Positions 24,927-32,000 of a stretch of DNA of 32,000 bases are shown piece by piece; within the stretch, counting starts at the first letter, position 1, and each line of letters begins with the position of its first letter. The notes beneath the pieces are model-generated. The model ran no database searches. It had not been told where the DNA came from and saw only the letters and a program-made list of their open reading frames with translations. Position numbers and translations under genes: made by a program. Source of the DNA: Mycolicibacterium smegmatis (lineage in GTDB: Bacteria; Actinomycetota; Actinomycetes; Mycobacteriales; Mycobacteriaceae); NCBI RefSeq assembly GCF_001457595.1, contig NZ_LN831039.1:4890001-4922000 (forward strand). The letters are read 5' to 3'.

Positions 24927-26045
24927 TTGGCCCTGCACCAACCAGACAGCCCGGGACCCGAGGGGACCAGCACACCTCTCATCGACGCGAGCGTGCACAT
25001 CTTCTTCGGCTCGAACAAGGACCTGCGCCAGAACTTTCTGCGAGAACCGTTCGCCAGCCGGGGTTTTCCCGACTACGAGATGAACTGGTACGGCGCGCCG
25101 GGCGGTGAGTACGCCAAGAACACCAAGGGTCCCGACCGGCAGTACCCGGGTTCGGATCCGGACGTCGCGGCGCAGCACCTGTTCACCGAGCGCGGCGTCG
25201 ACATCGCGATCCTGCATCCGATGACGCGCGGCATCATGCCCGACCGTCACCTGGGCACGGCACTGGCCAACGCACACAACGAGATGATGGTGACGCGCTG
25301 GCTCGACCACGAGAGGTACGGCGAGCGGTTCCGCGGAACCATCCGCGTCAACCCCGACGACATCGCCGGTGCACTACGGGAGATCGAGCGGTTCAAGGAC
25401 CATCCGCGCGTCGTGCAGATCGGGGTGCCGCTGCAGTCGCGCGAACTCTACGGAAAACCGCAGTACTGGCCGCTGTGGGAGGCCGCGTCCGACGCGGGTC
25501 TCCCGGTGGCCGTGCACATCGAGGTCGGGGCCGGTGTGCAGTTCGCGCCGACACCGTCCGGCAAGACCAGGACCTACGAGCAGTACCTCGGGTTCATGGC
25601 GCTCAACTACCTGTACCACCTGATGAACATGATCGCCGAGGGCGTGTTCGAGCGGATGCCGGCGCTCAAGTTCGTCTGGGCCGACGGTGCGGCCGACCTG
25701 TTGACGCCATTCATCTGGCGTATGGACTGCTTCGGTCGTCCTCATCTGGAGCAGACACCGTGGGCGCCGAAGATGCCCAGCGACTACCTGCCCGGACACG
25801 TGTACTTCGTCCAGGGCGCGCTGGACGGGCCCGGTGACGTCGAATTCGCCGGTGAATGGTTCGGTTTCACGGGTAAGGAGAACATGGTGATGTTCGGGTC
25901 GAGTTACCCGCACTGGCAGCTCAACGAACCGGAGGTGCCCACGGCGTTCACGCCCGAACAGCGCGACAAACTGCTGTGGCGCAACGCCGCAGAACTGTAC
26001 GGGTTGCAGAGCGCGCTCACGTCGACCGCCGGCGCGGCACGGTGA
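24927..26045 (+). CDS. Amidohydrolase-2 family protein (possibly degenerate active site)
   Basis: The proposed TTG 24927 lies 5 nt after GGAGGA (24916-24921). The N-terminus ...TPLIDASVHIFF and the C-terminal ...MVMFGSSYPHW match the family layout. Ser occupies the positions where relatives carry the first His and the strand-8 Asp. The track ORF start at 24777 extends into the operator-containing intergenic region. Confidence 0.82.
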   Translation: MALHQPDSPGPEGTSTPLIDASVHIFFGSNKDLRQNFLREPFASRGFPDYEMNWYGAPGGEYAKNTKGPDRQYPGSDPDVAAQHLFTERGVDIAILHPMTRGIMPDRHLGTALANAHNEMMVTRWLDHERYGERFRGTIRVNPDDIAGALREIERFKDHPRVVQIGVPLQSRELYGKPQYWPLWEAASDAGLPVAVHIEVGAGVQFAPTPSGKTRTYEQYLGFMALNYLYHLMNMIAEGVFERMPALKFVWADGAADLLTPFIWRMDCFGRPHLEQTPWAPKMPSDYLPGHVYFVQGALDGPGDVEFAGEWFGFTGKENMVMFGSSYPHWQLNEPEVPTAFTPEQRDKLLWRNAAELYGLQSALTSTAGAAR

Positions 26046-26065
26046 AGGTAGCCGAGGGAGCCAAC

Positions 26066-27208
26066 ATGTCAGCGACGACAAGACCACGGGTACCGGCCAC
26101 CGAACGCATCGCTGTGCGGTGTGTCGATTCCGACGTCCACCCGATGCCGCGGCGCGGTGAACTCGTCGAGTACATCCCCGAACCGTGGCGCAGCAAGTAC
26201 TTCCTGAGCCACCGCGTGGGTGAACAGATCTACTACGACGCACCCGATTACGCGCATGCCTACGCGATGCGCGTCGACGCGTTCCCACCCGACGGCGAAT
26301 TCGCCTGCAGCGACCCCGATATGGCGCTGCGCCAGCTCATCATGGAGGCCGGGTCGGACATCGCGATCCTGGAGCCCACCCATTCCGAGCACCGGCTCGG
26401 CGAGGCGACCGCGGCGTACTGCACCGCGGTCAACGAGTGGCTGGCCGACAACTGGCTCGACAGCCACAACAACTGGCACCAGCGCTGGCGCGGCTCGATC
26501 TGCGCGGCGATCGAGGAGCCACAGTCGGCCGTGGCCGAGATCGAGAAGTGGGCCGGCCACCCCTACATGGCGCAGATCCTCATCAAGGCCGAACCGCGCC
26601 CGTCCTGGGGCGACCCGAAGTACGACCCGATCTGGGCCGCGGCCACCAAACACGACATCGTGGTCAGCTGCCACCTGTCACGCGGTGAGTTCGAGACGTT
26701 GCCGCTGCCTCCGGTCGGATTGCCCAGCTACAACCACGATTTCATGGTCACGTACTCGCTGCTGGCGGCCAATCAGGTGATGAGCCTGATCTTCGACGGC
26801 GTGTTCGACCGGTTCCCGACGCTGCGCATCGTGTTCGTCGAGCACGCGTTCACCTGGATCCTGCCGCTCATGTGGCGCATGGACGCGATCTACGAACGCC
26901 GCAAGTCGTGGCTGAACATCAAGCGCAAACCCAGCGAGTACGTCAAAGACCACATCAAGTTCACGACGCAACCGCTGGACTACCCCGAGGACAAGACCGA
27001 ACTGTCACGGGCCTTCGAGTGGATGGAGTGCGAGAAGATCCTGCTGTTCTCCTCGGACTACCCGCACTGGACGTTCGACGATCCACGCTGGCTGGTCAAG
27101 CACCTGCCCGAACATGCCCGCGAGGCGATCATGTTCCGCAATGGCCTGAAGACCTACAAGCTGCCGGACACCGTGCCGGTGCTCGAGGGACAGGTACGGG
27201 TGTTCTGA
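26066..27208 (+). CDS. Amidohydrolase-2 family protein
   Basis: ATG 26066 follows GAGGGAG. The N-terminal ...VRCVDSDVHPMP and the C-terminal ...ILLFSSDYPHWTFDDP (Asp retained) fit the family. It is a paralog of the upstream gene. Confidence 0.88.
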   Translation: MSATTRPRVPATERIAVRCVDSDVHPMPRRGELVEYIPEPWRSKYFLSHRVGEQIYYDAPDYAHAYAMRVDAFPPDGEFACSDPDMALRQLIMEAGSDIAILEPTHSEHRLGEATAAYCTAVNEWLADNWLDSHNNWHQRWRGSICAAIEEPQSAVAEIEKWAGHPYMAQILIKAEPRPSWGDPKYDPIWAAATKHDIVVSCHLSRGEFETLPLPPVGLPSYNHDFMVTYSLLAANQVMSLIFDGVFDRFPTLRIVFVEHAFTWILPLMWRMDAIYERRKSWLNIKRKPSEYVKDHIKFTTQPLDYPEDKTELSRAFEWMECEKILLFSSDYPHWTFDDPRWLVKHLPEHAREAIMFRNGLKTYKLPDTVPVLEGQVRVF

Positions 27209-27600
27209 TGAGCGACATCGAGAAGCGCCCCAGGCTCGCGCAGGGGCGCGAGCACGTCGTCGCCACGGTCGACGAGATCCCGCCCGGCACACACAAACTG
27301 GTGCCGATCGGCCGTCACGGCGTCGGCGTCTACAACGTGAACGGCACGTTCTATGCAATCGCGAACTACTGTCCGCATGAGGGCGGTCCGCTGTGTTCCG
27401 GCCGGGCCCGCGGGCGGACCGTGGTCGACGAGTCCGCGCCGGGTGACGCGGTGATGGTGCGCGACATGGAGTACATCTACTGCCCCTGGCATCAGTGGGG
27501 TTTCGAACTGGCGACCGGCACCACCGCGGTCAAGCCGGAGTGGAGTATCCGCACCTATCCGGTGCGGGTCGTTGGTGACGAGGTGTTGGTGACGGCATGA
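27208..27600 (+). CDS. Stand-alone Rieske [2Fe-2S] domain protein (ferredoxin-type)
   Basis: ATG 27208 overlaps the upstream TGA (TGATG). The 130-aa product has the Rieske ligand motifs YCPHEGGPL and YCPWHQWGF. No oxygenase catalytic domain is attached. Confidence 0.9.
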   Translation: MSDIEKRPRLAQGREHVVATVDEIPPGTHKLVPIGRHGVGVYNVNGTFYAIANYCPHEGGPLCSGRARGRTVVDESAPGDAVMVRDMEYIYCPWHQWGFELATGTTAVKPEWSIRTYPVRVVGDEVLVTA

Positions 27601-28508
27601 CGGCAACAGGTAGCACGGTCGGCGGGCCCACGCTCAAGCGCGGCGAGAAGACCATCGAGATCAACGGCGGCAACGTCGTGTACGAAATGCTCGGCAAGGA
27701 AGGCGATGTCATCGCGCTGACGCCCGGCGGACGGTTCAGCAAGGACATCCCGGGCCTGCGGCCACTGGCCAGGGAACTGGTCAAGGGCGGCTACCGGGTG
27801 CTGCTGTGGGACCGGCCCAACTGCGGTCGCTCCGATGTGCAGTTCCACGGGCAGAGCGAATCCCACATGCGCGCCGAGACGCTGTACACGCTGATCTCGA
27901 AACTCGGTGTGGGGCCGTGCATCATCGCGGGCGGCTCGGGCGGGGCCAGGGATTCGATGATCACCGCCATGCTCTATCCCGAGATCGTGACCAAGCTCGT
28001 GGTGTGGAACATCGTCGGCGGTGTGTACGGCTCGTTCGTGCTGGGCGGGCACTACATCACCCCGAGCATCCTGGCCGTGCGCGGACTCGGCATCGAAGGC
28101 CTGCTGCACGTTCCCGAGTGGCGCGAGCGCATCGAGCAGAACCCGGCCAACCGGCAGCGGTTCCTCGACCTCGACGCCGACGAGTTCCTCAAGGTGATGC
28201 TGCGGTGGCTGAATGCGTTCGTGTCCAAACCGGGCCAGACGATCCCCGGTGTGCCCGACGAGATGTTCGACAACATCACGGTGCCCACGCTGATCATCCG
28301 GGGCGGCGAGAACGACTGGGATCACCCCAAACGCACGTCCCTGGAGGTCAACTGCCTGATCAAGGGGTCCACGCTGATCGATCCGCCCTGGCCCGAGGAC
28401 GCCTGGGAGCGCGCCGGCGAGAAGTTCGCCAGGAGCGGGGGCAAGAAGTTCTGCCTGTTCGACACGTGGGTGCAGGCCGCGCCCGCCATCCTGGAGTTCC
28501 TCAAGTGA
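27597..28508 (+). CDS. Alpha/beta-fold hydrolase
   Basis: ATG 27597 overlaps the Rieske TGA (ATGA). 303 aa with the nucleophile elbow IIAGGSGGARD (G-x-S-x-G) and a late ...GGENDWDHP segment consistent with the acid/His part of the triad. Confidence 0.88.
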   Translation: MTATGSTVGGPTLKRGEKTIEINGGNVVYEMLGKEGDVIALTPGGRFSKDIPGLRPLARELVKGGYRVLLWDRPNCGRSDVQFHGQSESHMRAETLYTLISKLGVGPCIIAGGSGGARDSMITAMLYPEIVTKLVVWNIVGGVYGSFVLGGHYITPSILAVRGLGIEGLLHVPEWRERIEQNPANRQRFLDLDADEFLKVMLRWLNAFVSKPGQTIPGVPDEMFDNITVPTLIIRGGENDWDHPKRTSLEVNCLIKGSTLIDPPWPEDAWERAGEKFARSGGKKFCLFDTWVQAAPAILEFLK

Positions 28509-28510
28509 GC

Positions 28511-28987
28511 TCACTCGGTCCGGATGTGCACCTCGCAGTTGAGCGAGGCCTCCAGCGCGGTGTGGATCCGGCTCTCCGGCACGCGCTGCAGGTCGGCCTT
28601 GCGCAAGGTCACCGTCACGATGTCCCAGCCCTCGTCGCCGAGCACGCGCTCGACCTCGCCGGTGAGGCCGAACCCGGCGAGGACGCCGTGCGCGTCGTCG
28701 TCGGTGCCCCGGCTGACGAACGTCACCACGCCCGCGGTCGGGGACGTTCCGAACGCCTTGGCGCACAACGGCAGGACCATCTGCTGCAGTTGCTCTGCGT
28801 CGCTCCCGGCGATCAGCACCTCGACTTCGCGCCGGTGCGCGGGCAACTCCGCCAACTGGTCGCCCGCGAGCACCTCGGCGCAGGCGTCGGCAAGCAGTTC
28901 ACGGAGCGTGGCCATGCCTGCGGCTAACTGCGGTGGCCCGAGTTCGCCGCTGGGGTCCACGCCGACACGCACCACCGCAGTTCTCAT
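28511..28987 (-). CDS. Hypothetical cytoplasmic protein (158 aa), no family recognised
   Basis: ATG 28985-28987 (MRTAVVRVGVDPSGELGPP...). It shows good G/C third-position bias. The upstream part of the 306-aa track ORF is antisense to the NuoF-like gene and not credible. TAGTCT (complement of 28995-29000) sits 7 nt upstream of the ATG. Confidence 0.6.
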   Translation of the reverse strand: MRTAVVRVGVDPSGELGPPQLAAGMATLRELLADACAEVLAGDQLAELPAHRREVEVLIAGSDAEQLQQMVLPLCAKAFGTSPTAGVVTFVSRGTDDDAHGVLAGFGLTGEVERVLGDEGWDIVTVTLRKADLQRVPESRIHTALEASLNCEVHIRTE

Positions 28988-29014
28988 GCCGCCAAGACTA
29001 ACCGGGGACGGGAT

Positions 29015-30310
29015 ATGACCATGGCAGCCGATCTGACTGTTGCGGCCTGGTCGGGCATCACACCGCGCCTGCTGCGCGACGAACCCGAAACCGCGACCAC
29101 GTATCTCGCAGCGGGAGGCTATCGCGCCCTTGACGATCCACAGGGTTTGCTCGACGCCGTCGAGGCCTCTGGACTGCTCGGCCGCGGCGGCGCGGCGTTC
29201 CCGCTCGCGGTGAAACTGCGCACCGTGCGCGACAACGGCCGCGCGGCAGGCGGCGCCGTGGTGATCGCCAACGGCGAGGAGGGCGAACCCGCGTCGATCA
29301 AGGATCGTTGGCTGCTGCGCAACCGTCCGCACGCGGTGCTCGACGGCCTGCGGCTCGCGGCCCTGATGGTCGGTGCGCATCGCGCCGTGCTGTACACCTC
29401 GGATGCGCAGTCGGCCCGCAGCGTCGAGCACGCCCTGGCCGAGACCGGCGGCAGTTCAGGCGGCGTCGCAGTCGAACTGATCACCGTCACAACGGGTTAC
29501 GTCGCGGGCGAGGAATCCGCGGCGGTACGCGTGGTCGACGGCGGCCCGGCCAAACCCACCGACAAACCGCCACGCCCGTTCGAGGAGGGCGTGGGCGGCT
29601 ACCCCACGCTGATCAGCAACGTCGAGACGCTGGCGCACCTGGCGTACCTCAACCTGCACGGCGCGGCGGACTTCCGCGAGTACGGCACCGAAGGATCGCC
29701 GGGCACGTTTCTGGCCACCATCACCGGTGCCGGTCGTGCGCCCGCGCTCTACGAACTGCCCCACGGCGTGGCGTTCACCGATGTGCTGGCACTGCACGGC
29801 GTCTCGCCCGACACGGTCACCGGTGCGCTCATGGGGGGATACTTCGCGGGGCTGCTGGGCCGCGAGATCGTCGGCGCCACCTTGGATCACGAGACCATCC
29901 GGGGGCTGGGCAGCGGCCTGGGCTGCGGTGCGATCAGCGTCCTCACCGACGACTGCCCGGTGGCCGTCGCCGCGGCGGTGCTGAGCTACTTCGACCGCGA
30001 GAACGCCGGGCAGTGCGGTTCGTGTTTCAACGGGACCGCGGCCATGGCCGCGGTGGCCACCGCACTGCGTGACGGCACCGCGACCGACGACGACGTGGCC
30101 AGGCTCAAGCGCTGGTCGGTGGTGCTGCGCGGGCGCGGGGCCTGCGCGACGCTCGACGGTGCGTGCAATGTGGCGGCGAGCCTGCTCTCCGGTTTCGACG
30201 ATGTGGTGCGGCGCCACCTCGACAACAACTGCCCGGTGTGCCGGTCCGGCCCGTTCACCGCGACACGCCCGTACGAGGTGGAACAACTGGAATCGGTGGT
30301 GGCCGTATGA
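29015..30310 (+). CDS. NuoF-like (Complex I 51-kDa family) flavoprotein with an SLBB-like region and a variant Fe-S motif
   Basis: 431-aa ORF with NuoF-type motifs GLLGRGGAAFPLAVKL (NADH site), IANGEEGEPASIKDRWLL, GYVAGEESAAV (FMN loop) and PRPFEEGVGGYPTLISNVETLAHL. The C-terminal cluster region is GQCGSCFNG...GACATLDGACN. It is not part of a nuo operon. Confidence 0.88.
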   Translation: MTMAADLTVAAWSGITPRLLRDEPETATTYLAAGGYRALDDPQGLLDAVEASGLLGRGGAAFPLAVKLRTVRDNGRAAGGAVVIANGEEGEPASIKDRWLLRNRPHAVLDGLRLAALMVGAHRAVLYTSDAQSARSVEHALAETGGSSGGVAVELITVTTGYVAGEESAAVRVVDGGPAKPTDKPPRPFEEGVGGYPTLISNVETLAHLAYLNLHGAADFREYGTEGSPGTFLATITGAGRAPALYELPHGVAFTDVLALHGVSPDTVTGALMGGYFAGLLGREIVGATLDHETIRGLGSGLGCGAISVLTDDCPVAVAAAVLSYFDRENAGQCGSCFNGTAAMAAVATALRDGTATDDDVARLKRWSVVLRGRGACATLDGACNVAASLLSGFDDVVRRHLDNNCPVCRSGPFTATRPYEVEQLESVVAV

Positions 30311-30537
30311 GAGTCAAACTGGACCGCACGATGTGCGACGGGTTCGGCCTGTGCGCCAGGCACGCACCCGAGTACTTCCCGCTCGACGACTGGGGTTATG
30401 CGTCGCTGCACGGTGACGGCAACGTCGCCGAGGCCGACGAGCCCGCGGTCAAGCGCGCCCTGCTCGATTGCCCCGTGCACGCGATCATCGAGTTGCGCGA
30501 GAAGCAGGCAACGCCCGCCGGCGAAACCACCAGCTGA
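30307..30537 (+). CDS. Small single-cluster ferredoxin
   Basis: ATG 30307 overlaps the NuoF-like TGA (ATGA). The 76-aa product MRVKLDRTMCDGFGLCARHAPEYFPLDD...DCPVHAIIE has a CxxFxxC...CP motif. Confidence 0.85.
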   Translation: MRVKLDRTMCDGFGLCARHAPEYFPLDDWGYASLHGDGNVAEADEPAVKRALLDCPVHAIIELREKQATPAGETTS

Positions 30538-30584
30538 TAACGTGATTCTCTGCAGACGATAACCCGCTTACCACCGGAGCCGAC

Positions 30585-32000
30585 TTGTCACAGATCCCCG
30601 GGCGTCCCCTGCCGACGGTCACCGCGCTCAACGAGTACTTCTGGACCGCGGGCCGTGACGGCGTGCTGCGCATCCAGGAATGCCGGTCGTGCGGCGCGCT
30701 GATCCATCCCCCGCAGCCGATCTGCCGCTACTGCCGCAGCCACGATCTCGGCGTCCGCGACGTGTCCGGGCGCGCGACGCTCGCGGGTTTCACGGTCAAC
30801 GAGCGGTTCGGATTCCCCGATATGCCACCGCCGTACGTGGTGGCCGAGGTTGCGATCGTCGAGGATCCGCGGGTCCGGTTGACCACCAACATCGTCGACT
30901 GCGACCCGCAGTCACTCGAGCTCGGACAACCGGTGGAGGTGTCCTTCCAGCACATCGATGACGTGTGGCTTCCGGTGTTCACCCCGTCGGCGGACACCAC
31001 GCCCACCCCGGCTCCGGTCGAGGACATCGCACCGCAGGACATCGGCAAGTTCGTCCGCCCGATGCTCACCGAGGACAAGTTCGAGGATCATTCCGCGATC
31101 ACTGGCATCGGCATGTCGAGGATCGGCAGGCGACTCATGGTGCCGCCGCTGTCGCTGACCATCGAGGCGGCCGAACGGGCCGTCGCCGACGCCGGTCTGA
31201 CGCTCGACGACATCGACGGGCTGTCCACGTACCCGGGCCTCGACATCGCCGGCATGGGCGAGGGCGGCGTCTCGGTCCTCGAAGGAGCCCTCGGGTTGCG
31301 CCCCACGTGGATCAACGGCGGTATGGACACCTTCGGCCCCGGCGGATCGGTGATCGCGGCGATGATGGCGATCTCGGCCGGGCTCGCGCGCCATGTGCTG
31401 TGCTTCCGCACGCTGTGGGAGGCCACCTTCGGCCAACTGGTCAAGGAGGGCAAGATGTCCCCTCCGATGAGCGCGCGTACCAACAGCTGGCAGCAGCCTT
31501 ACGGTGCCACGTCGGCCGCTCACACGTTGGCGCAGAACGCCGGACGCCACTTCCACCGGTACGGCACCACGCGCGAGACGCTGGGCTGGATCGCGCTCAA
31601 CCAGCGGGCCAACGCCGCGCTGAATCCCACCGCGATCTACCGCGAACCGCTGACCATGGAGGACTACCTCTCGGCACGCACCATCACCACGCCGTTCGGT
31701 CTCTACGACTGCGACGTCCCGTGCGACGGTGCGGTCGCGGTGATCGTCTCGGCCGTCGACGCCGCGCGCGATCTGCCCAAACCGCCCATCAGGTTCGAGG
31801 CCGTGGGCACCCAGATCATCGAGCGCCTCGACTGGGACCAGACCACACTCACCCACGAGCCTCAGGTGCTCGGTCAGAGTGCCCACATGTGGTCGCGAAC
31901 CTCGTTGCGGCCCAGCGATGTCGACGTGGCCGAGCTGTACGACGGTTTCACGTTCAACTGCCTGTCCTGGCTCGAGGGCCTGGGGTTCTGCGGTATCGGC
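30585..32000 (+). CDS. Fusion protein: DUF35 (zinc ribbon + OB fold) N-terminal domain joined to an Ltp/SCP-x-type thiolase domain; 3' end is outside the window
   Basis: This ORF is not in the ORF track because it runs off the window. My own translation from TTG 30585 (GGAG at 30576-30579) is open for 472 codons to base 32000. It reads ...EYFWTAGRDGVLRIQECRSCGALIHPPQPICRYCRS...VVAEVAIVEDPRVRLTTNIVDC...VEVSFQH. A Pro/Thr linker TPSADTTPTPAPVEDIAPQD follows, then thiolase-like ...SAITGIGMSRIGRRLMVPPLSLTIEAAERAVADAGLTLDDIDGL.... An in-frame TGA at 30543 bounds the 5' end. Confidence 0.8.
   Translation, partial: MSQIPGRPLPTVTALNEYFWTAGRDGVLRIQECRSCGALIHPPQPICRYCRSHDLGVRDVSGRATLAGFTVNERFGFPDMPPPYVVAEVAIVEDPRVRLTTNIVDCDPQSLELGQPVEVSFQHIDDVWLPVFTPSADTTPTPAPVEDIAPQDIGKFVRPMLTEDKFEDHSAITGIGMSRIGRRLMVPPLSLTIEAAERAVADAGLTLDDIDGLSTYPGLDIAGMGEGGVSVLEGALGLRPTWINGGMDTFGPGGSVIAAMMAISAGLARHVLCFRTLWEATFGQLVKEGKMSPPMSARTNSWQQPYGATSAAHTLAQNAGRHFHRYGTTRETLGWIALNQRANAALNPTAIYREPLTMEDYLSARTITTPFGLYDCDVPCDGAVAVIVSAVDAARDLPKPPIRFEAVGTQIIERLDWDQTTLTHEPQVLGQSAHMWSRTSLRPSDVDVAELYDGFTFNCLSWLEGLGFCGIG

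Overview
This is a high-GC actinobacterial chromosome segment that looks like Mycobacterium or Mycolicibacterium, judged from strong G/C third-position bias and gene content. I found no rRNA, tRNA, CRISPR array or transposase. The core is a complete eight-gene mce lipid-import operon on the minus strand (yrbEA-yrbEB-mceABCDEF, 15338 down to 5698). Five of its seven gene junctions overlap. The fifth Mce gene, the lipoprotein mceE, carries an apparent 1-nt frameshift. An aldehyde dehydrogenase gene and a family III CoA-transferase gene lie upstream on the same strand. No mce-associated (mas) genes follow mceF; four small signal-peptide proteins sit there instead (3695-5687). The rest of the window is lipid or steroid side-chain catabolism-like. 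It holds a split DUF35+Ltp thiolase pair (2-1411) and a fused DUF35-thiolase gene (30585 to the window end). It also holds a TetR regulator divergent from a P450, then a plus-strand run of SDR, mycofactocin-type SDR, 3Fe-4S ferredoxin, P450 and a TB8.4-type hemophore-related protein. Further genes are a short+long acyl-CoA dehydrogenase pair and an overlapping block of two amidohydrolase-2 paralogs, a stand-alone Rieske protein and an alpha/beta hydrolase. The last block is a NuoF-like flavoprotein whose stop overlaps the start of a second ferredoxin. The best candidates for something undescribed are the orphan NuoF-like/ferredoxin/Rieske/amidohydrolase module, the secreted 4-Cys/MmpS-like cluster at the mas position, and a shared GAGAAY-N3-RTTCTC palindrome in two divergent promoter regions. 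All functional calls come from by-eye motif recognition; no database search was possible.
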